From an uncultured virus (IMG/VR IMGVR_UViG_3300048589_001558) (Duplodnaviria; Heunggongvirae; Uroviricota; Caudoviricetes), in IMG/VR virus record IMGVR_UViG_3300048589_001558: DNA of 64,000 nt; one strand, given 5' to 3'. The translations under genes and the position numbers were made by a program. Every line of letters begins with the position of its first letter. Within the stretch, counting starts at the first letter, position 1. This document shows, in pieces, positions 19,120 through 27,694 of this stretch. A model generated the notes under the pieces. The model did not search any database and had not been told where the DNA came from. It worked only from the letters and a program-made list of their open reading frames with translations.

Positions 19120-19742
19120 TGAGCCTCCCGAAGATCCTTGGCATCGATGCCGCGACACATCTCGGTTTTGGCTTCGGCCGGCCCGGCGACAAGCCGCTAT
19201 CCGGCTGCTTCCGCTGCGCCGGCGCCGAGGCTTCGCATGCAGCGGTGTTCGCCGGCGCCGGCCGCTGGCTGACTCGCTTCATTCAGGAGCACAGGCCCGA
19301 TGTCATCTACATCGAAGCCCCGCTGCCGGGCAGCCATGTGCAGGGACAGACCAACATAAAGACCGCGACCATCCTTCAGGGCATCCCCGCGGTGCTCGAA
19401 TTCATGGCGTTCAACCTGCAGGTATTCGACCTGCATCGTGCGGTGCTGTCGTCCGTCCGGAAGCACTTCATCGGCAAGGGTAACCTGAAGGGCGAGGTCG
19501 CCAAGAAGCTGGTCTGGCAGAAGTGCGCCGCGCTCGGCTGGATCAGCCGGGATGACGAGGACACGTCCTTCGACCGGACCGACGCTCTCGCCGTCTGGTC
19601 CTACGCCTGCCATCAGGTGGCGCCGAAGTTCGCCCAACCGGTCGACGACCTGTTCGTGAAGGCCGAGCAGCGCCGCCGCGAGGCGGATGAGCGCGCGGCC
19701 GTTGCCGCCGCGAAACCATCCCTGTTCATGGAGAAGTTCTGA
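19119..19742 (+). CDS. RuvC-like Holliday junction resolvase
   Basis: ILGIDAA, IYIEAP, VRKHFIGKG, DRTDALAVW. Confidence 0.8.
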   Translation: MSLPKILGIDAATHLGFGFGRPGDKPLSGCFRCAGAEASHAAVFAGAGRWLTRFIQEHRPDVIYIEAPLPGSHVQGQTNIKTATILQGIPAVLEFMAFNLQVFDLHRAVLSSVRKHFIGKGNLKGEVAKKLVWQKCAALGWISRDDEDTSFDRTDALAVWSYACHQVAPKFAQPVDDLFVKAEQRRREADERAAVAAAKPSLFMEKF

Positions 19743-19921
19743 TGCGCAAGACGCCTCTGTCCGCGTTCGTCGACGAGGATTCGCCAGTTGACCGAGCCTC
19801 GAAGCGCCGGGAGGCGCGCAAGTCCGAGAAGCTGGCGGGCAATCCGCATGGCGTGTCTGCGGCCCGCCAGCGGCATCGCGCCCTCCGACGCGCGCGCAAG
19901 GCGAAGGAGCGGCCCGCGTGA
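19742..19921 (+). CDS. Small basic protein (59 aa), absent from ORF track
   Basis: Read manually, MRKTPLSAFVD...KERPA; TGATG/GTGA coupling. Confidence 0.45.
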   Translation: MRKTPLSAFVDEDSPVDRASKRREARKSEKLAGNPHGVSAARQRHRALRRARKAKERPA

Positions 19922-20040
19922 CGCTCCGCCTCTCCAACGGCCGCATGCGCGGCCACCATTCCTTATCGAAGGCAACGGCGGTCGGCCTGTTCCTCGCTTC
20001 CGTCTTCTTCATCTTCCTGATCCTGATCGGCCGCTACTGA
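19918..20040 (+). CDS. Small single-TM protein (40 aa), absent from ORF track
   Basis: AVGLFLASVFFIFLILIGRY; coupled on both sides. Confidence 0.45.
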   Translation: MTLRLSNGRMRGHHSLSKATAVGLFLASVFFIFLILIGRY

Positions 20041-20792
20041 TGCGCGTTGTCGTCCACGCCAGCGATTACTCGGTCGAGTTCCCCCTGATGCAGGCGCTTC
20101 TGGCTGCCCAAGGCAGGGGGCATCGTATTGCCGCGACCGCGCTGCCCAAGCTGGCCGAGTTCCGGACGGCGCTCTATCGCGACCGCGACCTGATCGGCGT
20201 GCTGTGGACGCGGGTCGAGAACTATGCCGCCATGACCCTGCGGGAGTTCAGGAGCGACGGCATCCTCAGCCCCATCCTTGTCCTTCTCGACAATGACGAT
20301 CTCGGGATGTTCGACGCGCGCGTGGCGGCGTTCACCGCCATGCTGATCCGCGGCGCCGACGACGTGCAGCGTTTCCCGATCGACGGGCGAGAGTTCGTCG
20401 CGAGGCTGGAGGCGCTCCATCGCCGCGAGCGCCAGGACGCCGACGTCGTGTCGTTGCCGAATGGCGCCTACTACCGGCCGGGAATCGGCAGGGTGTACTA
20501 CGACGGTGGGGAAGTCTGGCTGACCGGCAAGGAATGCGAGCTATTCCAGATCCTGTCGTCCAGACCGAACGTCGTGCTCACGAAGGAGATGCTTCTCGAT
20601 GCCCTGTACCAGGGGCGCGATGAGGCTAAGCTCAAGATCATCGACGTCTTCATTCACAAGGTTCGCAAGAAGATGCTGGTCGCGCTCGGCGGCCTCGACG
20701 TGATCGAGACCGTATGGGGGCGCGGATACCGCTTCAAGGCTGAGGGATTCAGGCCGGCTATCTCCGAACATAACGCCCGGCTGGTTGGATAA
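20040..20792 (+). CDS. ctrA: CtrA-like OmpR-family regulator with degenerate receiver domain
   Basis: LTGKE...LTKEMLLDALY...DEAKLKIIDVFIHKVRKK...IETVWGRGY closely follows the CtrA DNA-binding domain; GADD retained. Confidence 0.85.
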   Translation: MRVVVHASDYSVEFPLMQALLAAQGRGHRIAATALPKLAEFRTALYRDRDLIGVLWTRVENYAAMTLREFRSDGILSPILVLLDNDDLGMFDARVAAFTAMLIRGADDVQRFPIDGREFVARLEALHRRERQDADVVSLPNGAYYRPGIGRVYYDGGEVWLTGKECELFQILSSRPNVVLTKEMLLDALYQGRDEAKLKIIDVFIHKVRKKMLVALGGLDVIETVWGRGYRFKAEGFRPAISEHNARLVG

Positions 20793-21400
20793 TGGACCAG
20801 ACGCAGGAGCGGAAAGCCAAGCAGGCTCATGTGTGGGTGAGGGACGGCCTGGACTGGTACGTCGAGCCGGCGGAGGCGACGCGCGCGCTCCTGCGCGTGG
20901 AGCGCTTCATAGGCAGGACGCTCGATCCCGCCTGCGGGCGGGGCAACATCGTCCGCGCGTTGAGAGATGCAGGCTACGACGCCGTCGGCTCCGACATAAA
21001 GCGCCGCGTGGCTGCCGGCACCGAGTGGTTTGTCGGCGAGTTCGACTTCCTCTCGATCGAGGGTGTGACCTACCACAACATCTGCATGAATCCGCCGTTC
21101 TACAAAGCGAAAGGCGCAGAGACATTCATACGCCGCGCTCTTGCCATGGTCCCGGGCAAGGTCGCAGCATTCGTTGACCTTAAGTTCTTGGCCGGCAGTG
21201 GACGCGCCAACGGAATTTACCGTGAGCTGCCGCCGCATCGCATCTGGATCGTCACACCACGTCCATCATGCCCTCCGGGGGAATATCTGGAAGCCGGAGG
21301 AAAGGCGGGCGGTGGTACGGCCGACTACTGCTGGCTGGTCTGGGACAACGCTTCTCAGTCTCGCGCTACGGTCACCGATTGGCTGAGGGCAGATCAGTGA
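20792..21400 (+). CDS. Orphan amino (probably N6-adenine) DNA methyltransferase
   Basis: LDPACGRG (motif I) followed by MNPPF (motif IV). Confidence 0.85.
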   Translation: MDQTQERKAKQAHVWVRDGLDWYVEPAEATRALLRVERFIGRTLDPACGRGNIVRALRDAGYDAVGSDIKRRVAAGTEWFVGEFDFLSIEGVTYHNICMNPPFYKAKGAETFIRRALAMVPGKVAAFVDLKFLAGSGRANGIYRELPPHRIWIVTPRPSCPPGEYLEAGGKAGGGTADYCWLVWDNASQSRATVTDWLRADQ

Positions 21401-21561
21401 CGCTTCTGCTCGACCTCGGGACGACCCTGTATCTCGGCTACTTCGCGGTCCTTCTCCTTCGGAACCGCGCGATCTTCACCACCCTCCCCGATGCGCTGGT
21501 GGCAATCGCTTGGGCATTTTCGAACGTGTGGGTGCTCTCTCGACTGTGGGTGCATCAATGA
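21397..21561 (+). CDS. Small membrane protein
   Basis: Two hydrophobic stretches; GTGA/ATGA coupling. Confidence 0.5.
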   Translation: MTLLLDLGTTLYLGYFAVLLLRNRAIFTTLPDALVAIAWAFSNVWVLSRLWVHQ

Positions 21562-22019
21562 CCGACGCCCGTACAGCGCTGGCGCAGGCGATGCGCATGG
21601 AACGTCTCGGCGATACCCGTTTCGCATGGGAATCGCTCGATCGCTCCGCGCAGGAGGACTGGTGCCGGCGCGCCGATCATCTGCTGCGGCTGCTGGCCGC
21701 CGACGGCTATGCCATCACCCGTGCGGGCGATGCGAAACCAATCCCCTCGCCGCCGGCGGCCTCCGACATCTACGCGATTGTCGGCCATGCGCCGGAGAGC
21801 GAGCGCATCATTCGTAAGGACGGCGACGGCTGGCAGCTTGTCGGGCGCGATCGCCGCGACGGTGCGGAAAAGGTCCTGCTGGTGATGACAATGGCGGAGA
21901 CGGATATCGACGCCGATGCCGTGCTGTCCGGAGCGCCCGACGCGCAGAAGCTCAAGGCGATCGGCACGCGCCTCGCCATGTCCACCCTGATCCGCAAGCT
22001 GCATGGGGAAGCGGCGTGA
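21558..22019 (+). CDS. Hypothetical protein
   Basis: Coupled; start MTDART. Confidence 0.65.
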   Translation: MTDARTALAQAMRMERLGDTRFAWESLDRSAQEDWCRRADHLLRLLAADGYAITRAGDAKPIPSPPAASDIYAIVGHAPESERIIRKDGDGWQLVGRDRRDGAEKVLLVMTMAETDIDADAVLSGAPDAQKLKAIGTRLAMSTLIRKLHGEAA

Positions 22020-22300
22020 ACGAGTCGAATGCCAGAGCCGTCGAGGTCTATGGCGGCTATGTCGGCGAATACCGCATGGTCCACAAGGCCGGCTGGATGC
22101 GCGTGCTCTGCAACGGCAAGGCCTGCATCTACGAGACGGCCAGCGACGCCGAGGTCGCGGCATGGCGTGAGCTGAACCGCCGGCGCTATCCGGATATCCG
22201 CGCCGAGGGCGAGCGCGCGTCGGCCGCCATGTCGAAAGCGGAGGAACTGTTCAAGGCCGAGTTCCGCAAGGGCCGCAGGATACCGGTGGCGCGCACCTGA
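22016..22300 (+). CDS. Hypothetical protein
   Basis: Coupled to primase-helicase. Confidence 0.65.
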   Translation: MNESNARAVEVYGGYVGEYRMVHKAGWMRVLCNGKACIYETASDAEVAAWRELNRRRYPDIRAEGERASAAMSKAEELFKAEFRKGRRIPVART

Positions 22301-24492
22301 TGGCCGAGCAGACCGATTTCGCCGCCATCATGGGGCAGGTCGCCAACGAACTGCTCCCCGAGTTCATGCCCTTCAACAAGGGCATGTCCACGGCGAAGGA
22401 GCAGCGTTGGGGTAAGAAGGGCAGCTTCTCCGTCCGCCTCGACGACGGGACATGGTACGATCACGAGGATCAGGAGGGCGGCGGCGTCCTCGCGCTGCTG
22501 GCGCGCTACAAGGGTTTCGAAAAGCCCGAGGCCGTCGAGTGGTTGGTAGAGCGCGGTCTGGTCGAGCGGAAGCAGGAGCAGCCGAAGGAGAAGTTCGCCG
22601 GCTTCATGGACCGGCATCCGATCGCCATCTACGACTATCACGACGACAAGGGTCGTCTCGCCTATCAGGTGCTCAAGTTCCCGAAGGATTCGGACGGCCC
22701 GCGCTATATGCAGCGCCGGCCGCACCCGGCCGGCGGCTGGATATGGGGTCTGCGCGAGGATCGCTACGGCAAGGTCCGCTCCGGCGACTGGTTCAAGGCG
22801 AAGAAGGATAAGCAATACGCCGAGGAAGCCGACTTCCCGGATGTGCGCTGGTGGCTGTTCCATCGCGACGAGGTGCTGGAGGCAAAGGCCGAAGGCAAGC
22901 CGGTCGTTCTTGTGGAAGGAGAGAAAGACGTCGAGACCCTGCGCGGTTGGGGTTTCACCGCCACGACCAATCAGGGCGGCGCCAAGAACTGGAAGCCTGA
23001 ACTGAACGATGACCTCGCCGGCGCGGATATCGTCATCTGCTCCGATCTGGACGACGCCGGCAGCACCCGGACCGCGCTGCGCGGTGCCGAGTTGCGCGGA
23101 ATCGCCAAATCGGTGCGCGTCATCGACCTTGCGTTGCACTGGAAAGACGCTCCGGAGAAGGCTGACGTTTCCGATTGGAAGGAAAAGGCGGGCGGCACGG
23201 CGGAGAAATTCGCGGCGATTCTCAAGAAGGCGCCGCACTGGACCCCTACGCCGCCAAAATCCCGCTTTGGCGGCTTCACCTTTGGCCAGCTCGACCAGCA
23301 GAGCGTAAGCCTCGATTATCTCATCGATGGTTGGTTCACCGAGCGCGGCCGCTCCGTCGTCGGTGGCCCGTCTGGCAGCGGCAAGACCTTTTTCACGCTG
23401 CACGCAGCCATGTGCGTGGCACGCGGCCATGACTTTTTCCAATACCCGGTGAAACGCGGCGGCGTCGTCTATCAGGCCGGCGAGGGCGGGCAAGGGATTC
23501 GCAAGCGGTTTGCGGCATACAAGGTGCATCACAAGGTCGATGATGACGAAGACATCCCGCTTGTCGTGCTCCCGGCGAAGGTCGACCTCTTCTCGAAGGA
23601 GGGCGACACCCGCGCCTTGATTGACGAGATCAAGGCATGGGCGCTCACCATGAGCGAGCCGCTGCGCCTCGTCGTCATCGACACGCTGGCAACGGCCACG
23701 ATCGGCGCAGACGAGAATAGCGGCAAGGATATGAGCTTCGTGCTCGCGAACATCGCCCAGATAGAAGAGGAGTGCCGCTGCCATGTGATGCTGGTCCATC
23801 ACATGAACGCCGACGGCAAGAAGCTGCGCGGACATACCTCGATCCATGCCAACGTCGATCAGGTCGTGCTCATCACCCAGGATGAGGAGACCAAGATCAG
23901 GACGGCGAAGCTGGTGAAACAGAAGGACGACGAGGACGGGCTGAAGATCCCGTTCGCGCTGATGGCCGTGCCGGTAGGCATGAACGCCAAGACCGAGCGC
24001 GAGATCACGTCCTGCGTCGTGCTGTCGGTGAGCGAGAAGGACCGGCTGAAGAAGGAGCAGGAGCGCCAGGGCTTCTACGTGAACCCCACGGAGCGCCGCA
24101 TCCTCATCAACCTGTTCGACACCGTCGATCGCCACGGTCAGTTCGTGGCGACGGAAGCGGACGGGCCGCGCGCCGCCATCGGCAAGATCATCGTCAACTG
24201 GAAGGACTATCTTGCCGTCGCGCATGAGAAGATGATCGAGGAGCCTGACAAGGAAAAGGCGACGGCGCGCATCACGAAGGAGTTCACCCGGGCGAAGGAT
24301 TCCCTCATCAAGTTCGGCGTCATCGGGCTGGACAAGCCGTATATGTGGTGGGTCGGCAAGCCGATCCGCGGCTTCGCCCGGACTTTCCCGAGGAAGGACC
24401 AGGCCGACCTTCTGGAGAACGCGCAGGCGCCCACTGACGCGGAGCGGGAACTTCAGGAAATGCAGAACCGCGGCGAAGAGGTCATCTGGTGA
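22300..24492 (+). CDS. Primase-helicase (TOPRIM plus RecA-like AAA_25 helicase)
   Basis: VEGEKD, SDLDDAG; GPSGSGKTF, AGEG, VVIDTL, LVHHM, RGHTSI. Confidence 0.9.
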   Translation: MAEQTDFAAIMGQVANELLPEFMPFNKGMSTAKEQRWGKKGSFSVRLDDGTWYDHEDQEGGGVLALLARYKGFEKPEAVEWLVERGLVERKQEQPKEKFAGFMDRHPIAIYDYHDDKGRLAYQVLKFPKDSDGPRYMQRRPHPAGGWIWGLREDRYGKVRSGDWFKAKKDKQYAEEADFPDVRWWLFHRDEVLEAKAEGKPVVLVEGEKDVETLRGWGFTATTNQGGAKNWKPELNDDLAGADIVICSDLDDAGSTRTALRGAELRGIAKSVRVIDLALHWKDAPEKADVSDWKEKAGGTAEKFAAILKKAPHWTPTPPKSRFGGFTFGQLDQQSVSLDYLIDGWFTERGRSVVGGPSGSGKTFFTLHAAMCVARGHDFFQYPVKRGGVVYQAGEGGQGIRKRFAAYKVHHKVDDDEDIPLVVLPAKVDLFSKEGDTRALIDEIKAWALTMSEPLRLVVIDTLATATIGADENSGKDMSFVLANIAQIEEECRCHVMLVHHMNADGKKLRGHTSIHANVDQVVLITQDEETKIRTAKLVKQKDDEDGLKIPFALMAVPVGMNAKTEREITSCVVLSVSEKDRLKKEQERQGFYVNPTERRILINLFDTVDRHGQFVATEADGPRAAIGKIIVNWKDYLAVAHEKMIEEPDKEKATARITKEFTRAKDSLIKFGVIGLDKPYMWWVGKPIRGFARTFPRKDQADLLENAQAPTDAERELQEMQNRGEEVIW

Positions 24493-24830
24493 CGTCAGTC
24501 TTCGCGCGCCGGCGGCATCCCGAAAGCCTCGTCTATGTCGTGCTGGTGCTGTGGCTCATCGGCCATGCGGAGCGCGCGATCGCCGCCGCCGCAGGCCTGC
24601 GGCGCAAGCAGGTGTCCGGCATCGTCCACAATTCGGAGTACCGGAATCGCGCGGGCATGACGGACGTCGAACGCGCGGAAAGGCTCGGAGAGCTCCGGGC
24701 CATCCGCTTCGGCGACGACGGCAGGCCGCTCGACGGCGGCGCGCTCGACCGGTTCGACTGGAGCGTGCGGCCGCTCGGCGCGCGGCAGGCGCGTGGCCCG
24801 CTCAGGCGGAGACTCACCCGCCATGGCTGA
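24489..24830 (+). CDS. Hypothetical (possible HTH) protein
   Basis: ERAIAAAAGLRRKQVSGIV; coupled. Confidence 0.55.
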   Translation: MTSVFARRRHPESLVYVVLVLWLIGHAERAIAAAAGLRRKQVSGIVHNSEYRNRAGMTDVERAERLGELRAIRFGDDGRPLDGGALDRFDWSVRPLGARQARGPLRRRLTRHG

Positions 24831-25716
24831 CACGATCATCCGTCGGCGCCTGAAATCCCTGCGCGATCGCTCGGCGGACCAGCAGATCAGGGCGGCGGAA
24901 GCCCGCGAGCGGAAGGCTGCGCGCGACGCGCAGCTCGTCGCGGACATTGCCGAGGCCGCCCGCCACGGCGTCTCGCCATACCTGATCGCGGCAACGCGGC
25001 GTGGTCCGATCGTGCTGCCCATGGCGGCACATTATGGTGGCGAGCCCGACCGGGAAGCGCGCCGGGCGGAATTCTACGCGCACTGCGCCCTCGCCTTCGG
25101 ATTCCGTGGCTGGATTCTCGACAACCCCACCGTCCAGATGGCGGTCAATATCGGCTACGGCGGCCAGGGACGCAGCATCCGGGTCATCGATCAGGAGCAG
25201 GTTGCGCCGATCGACATCATGGCCGCGCCCTTCGAGTGGCTGTTTGCGACCGGCAAGATGGAGAGCAAGCTCGACACGCCCGGCACCGGCCTGCTGCGGT
25301 ACACAGCCGGCATCCGCTACCGGGACGACATGGAGGGCGCGGGCCTCGGTCTGCGCGCGCAGTCATACGAAGGCGCCAGCGGCGGCGGGCAGCCGAACCG
25401 GCCGCCATCCGACTTCCGTATGGATTGCATCCGCGCGATCGCCGAGCTGCGGGCGATACGGGACTACAAGGTGCTGGAGGCCGTCGTCTGGCGAGACGAG
25501 TGGATATGGCGGGTGTCGCTGAAACGCCCGCTGCCCGAGGGCAAGCCCGGCAAGAAGCACCGCAGGGAGCGGCAGGCGCGGGCGAGAGTGCTGAAGGAAT
25601 TGCAGCGACGGATGACGCGAAACATCCTGAAGGTGCATCGTGCGCTCGACCAAGCGGCGCGGTACTATGGGCTGATGAACGCTGCGGAGTATGAGAAGCG
25701 GTGGCACAAGCGATAG
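24823..25716 (+). CDS. Putative late-gene activator (DUF6456-like), Q position
   Basis: YTAGIRYRDD...; C-terminal RALDQAARYYG; last gene of replication operon. Confidence 0.55.
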   Translation: MADTIIRRRLKSLRDRSADQQIRAAEARERKAARDAQLVADIAEAARHGVSPYLIAATRRGPIVLPMAAHYGGEPDREARRAEFYAHCALAFGFRGWILDNPTVQMAVNIGYGGQGRSIRVIDQEQVAPIDIMAAPFEWLFATGKMESKLDTPGTGLLRYTAGIRYRDDMEGAGLGLRAQSYEGASGGGQPNRPPSDFRMDCIRAIAELRAIRDYKVLEAVVWRDEWIWRVSLKRPLPEGKPGKKHRRERQARARVLKELQRRMTRNILKVHRALDQAARYYGLMNAAEYEKRWHKR

Positions 25717-25783
25717 AGAGGTCCAGCTTCCGGAATCGCTTCGGCGATGCTATCCACTCGTTGGGGACAAGTGGACGCACCAA

Positions 25784-26074
25784 ATGCAGTTCATCGCAGG
25801 CTTTATCGTCGGCGTCATAGTGACACTGGTTTTCGGTCTATTTGGCGGCGGCGACGATGCCGCGGCGCAGGCTGCTGCTCAAACCTATTGGCTCGCTGGT
25901 CCTATCACAGCGGGCGGATCTTTTATCTTGGCCCTCATCCTCACACTGCTGTTCGTCTACTACGCAGGTGTCGCGGAATTCCCGGGCGCCCATGCTGGAA
26001 TCGTGATCTCATTCCTCGTTCTATGGTTGGCTGTTTTCGTGGCCACCAATTGGGCGCTATCCGGCGTCTTTTGA
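25784..26074 (+). CDS. Three-TM membrane protein (moron-like)
   Basis: Three hydrophobic helices; T-rich, atypical codon use. Confidence 0.7.
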   Translation: MQFIAGFIVGVIVTLVFGLFGGGDDAAAQAAAQTYWLAGPITAGGSFILALILTLLFVYYAGVAEFPGAHAGIVISFLVLWLAVFVATNWALSGVF

Positions 26075-26083
26075 GCCGAGCGC

Positions 26084-26380
26084 CTACCGTCGCTTCGACA
26101 GCCGCTCGATGATCTCCCGCAACGCCTGAACGTCGGCGATCTCCTGATCGGTCTCCGGCGTCCACGCCGGCAGCCCTGCCCTTACCGCCGCCATCGCCAG
26201 CCGCTCCGTATCCGTCAGATGGCGGGTCCCGCGATAGATGTCCCCGGCGGTCCGGTCGCTGCCGATGCCGATCTGCCGGGCAGCATGGCTGACCTGCTTG
26301 CCATGGTAGCCCATCTTTTCCATCCACGCCGCGAAATCGAGGCGGGCGGTCATCGCGTCCAGCTTTTCGTCAGCGGTCAT
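26084..26380 (-). CDS. HTH-like hypothetical protein
   Basis: DFAAWMEKMG...AARQIGIG...ERLAMAA. Confidence 0.65.
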   Translation of the reverse strand: MTADEKLDAMTARLDFAAWMEKMGYHGKQVSHAARQIGIGSDRTAGDIYRGTRHLTDTERLAMAAVRAGLPAWTPETDQEIADVQALREIIERLSKRR

Positions 26381-26633
26381 TGGCAATGTCCTCTTTCTGC
26401 ACGATCACAACGGGGGTGGTGAACCTCGTGTATATACTGATCGCTTCCTCGCGCATGACTGAGCAGCGACGATCCAGTTTCAGCTTTTCGTCGTGCATCT
26501 GCTCCGGACTCATCTTGCCGGCGTGTTTCATGCCGTCTCGGTATTCTTCCGCGATGGTGCGCTGCAAGAAATCGAAGTATTCTCGCGCAGCATCGTTCGT
26601 CCATTTGATCGTTGAGATTATCGGGTCAGTCAT
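26370..26633 (-). CDS. Hypothetical protein
   Basis: Coupled in leftward operon. Confidence 0.6.
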   Translation of the reverse strand: MTDPIISTIKWTNDAAREYFDFLQRTIAEEYRDGMKHAGKMSPEQMHDEKLKLDRRCSVMREEAISIYTRFTTPVVIVQKEDIANDR

Positions 26634-27105
26634 GGGAACGGTTGCCTTCCTTCACCTTGACGCGCGCGTTGGCGAGCGATCGGGCGTCCTGATAGTTTTC
26701 CTCTACGCTCATAAGCACGGCGACCAGGTGGGCGACGTGCGGGATATCGGCCTCGCCGCTCATCCACATATTGACGCGGGCGACAGACCAGCCGCCGATC
26801 TCGGCGAACTCGTCGGCCGTCAGGCCGGCATCGTTGAGCAGGCCCGCGAGGTTCTCGGCCGTGATGATCTCGTAGCCGTTGGCGGTGCGGCTCTGACGGC
26901 TTCGTTCCTCGAGCACGGCGAACGCCGCGTCGAGCGCGGCAACACGCGCGGCATCCTCGCTCTCATAGCGTGCGGGCTTGCCGTCGCTGCCGGCGACGAA
27001 CGCCGGCACCAGCCCGGGCAAGGCATACTGCGCCGCCAGCCCGCGCCCGCTCGGGTGCGGGAGCGCCTTGGCTATCGGGCGCGATGCCGGTTTCTTGGGG
27101 GTCAT
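26626..27105 (-). CDS. Protein with C-terminal XRE-type HTH
   Basis: LNDAGLTADEFAEIGGWSVARVNMWMSGEADIP; AAGGA SD. Confidence 0.7.
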   Translation of the reverse strand: MTPKKPASRPIAKALPHPSGRGLAAQYALPGLVPAFVAGSDGKPARYESEDAARVAALDAAFAVLEERSRQSRTANGYEIITAENLAGLLNDAGLTADEFAEIGGWSVARVNMWMSGEADIPHVAHLVAVLMSVEENYQDARSLANARVKVKEGNRSHD

Positions 27106-27177
27106 TTCGGTTCCTTTGCCATGATTGGCGGGCGGGCGGGACGATACCGCCGCCCGGGGGCGGCGGCAAGGCTGCGG

Positions 27178-27687
27178 CTACAACGACGAAAGATAGTCGA
27201 GCAGCGGCAGGCCCGTGGGTGGAGGTGGGGCTGCTGGAGGCGCAGGAAGTGGCGCCAGCGTCTGCGGCGGGCGTTTGGCGATAGCGAGTGCCCAATTTAT
27301 CACGCGAGCGGCCATCTCCTCAGTCATATGGTCGGAACCGCTCCAACGACGAGCACGGCGGCACATCCGAATGAATCTGGCGGCCGCGATCCTGATGGCC
27401 TTCTCGCGGCTGCCATAGACACAAGGGTGGCCCCATGGGTCCTCATTTTTCTCGATGCTGCTGACCGAGCCGTATGTCGACCAGCGACCATCAGCCAGAC
27501 CGATGACCTCGAAATGGAAGCGGCCGGAGACACGCCAGAACGCATCTTCATTGTAGGCCCACCAACTGTCCCCGGCCATCGGCCAGAAATACCGGTTGAA
27601 CGACCGCCGACCGTCGGCGCGCAGAATCGGTCCGTCATATGGATTCGGGTCGACGGTATGGTCGATCGGCTTGTTCATCCACTTCAT
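27178..27687 (-). CDS. Trp-rich hypothetical protein
   Basis: GPILRADG...SREKAIRIAAAR; follows dnaN. Confidence 0.65.
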   Translation of the reverse strand: MKWMNKPIDHTVDPNPYDGPILRADGRRSFNRYFWPMAGDSWWAYNEDAFWRVSGRFHFEVIGLADGRWSTYGSVSSIEKNEDPWGHPCVYGSREKAIRIAAARFIRMCRRARRWSGSDHMTEEMAARVINWALAIAKRPPQTLAPLPAPPAAPPPPTGLPLLDYLSSL

Positions 27688-27694
27688 GACGCGC

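Noticed and set aside
22186..24225. 679-aa minus-strand ORF (likewise 48789-50534, 29149-30675, 26380-27786, 36017-37405, 13494-14816)
   Set aside because: Antisense shadows of well-supported genes, expected in GC-rich DNA
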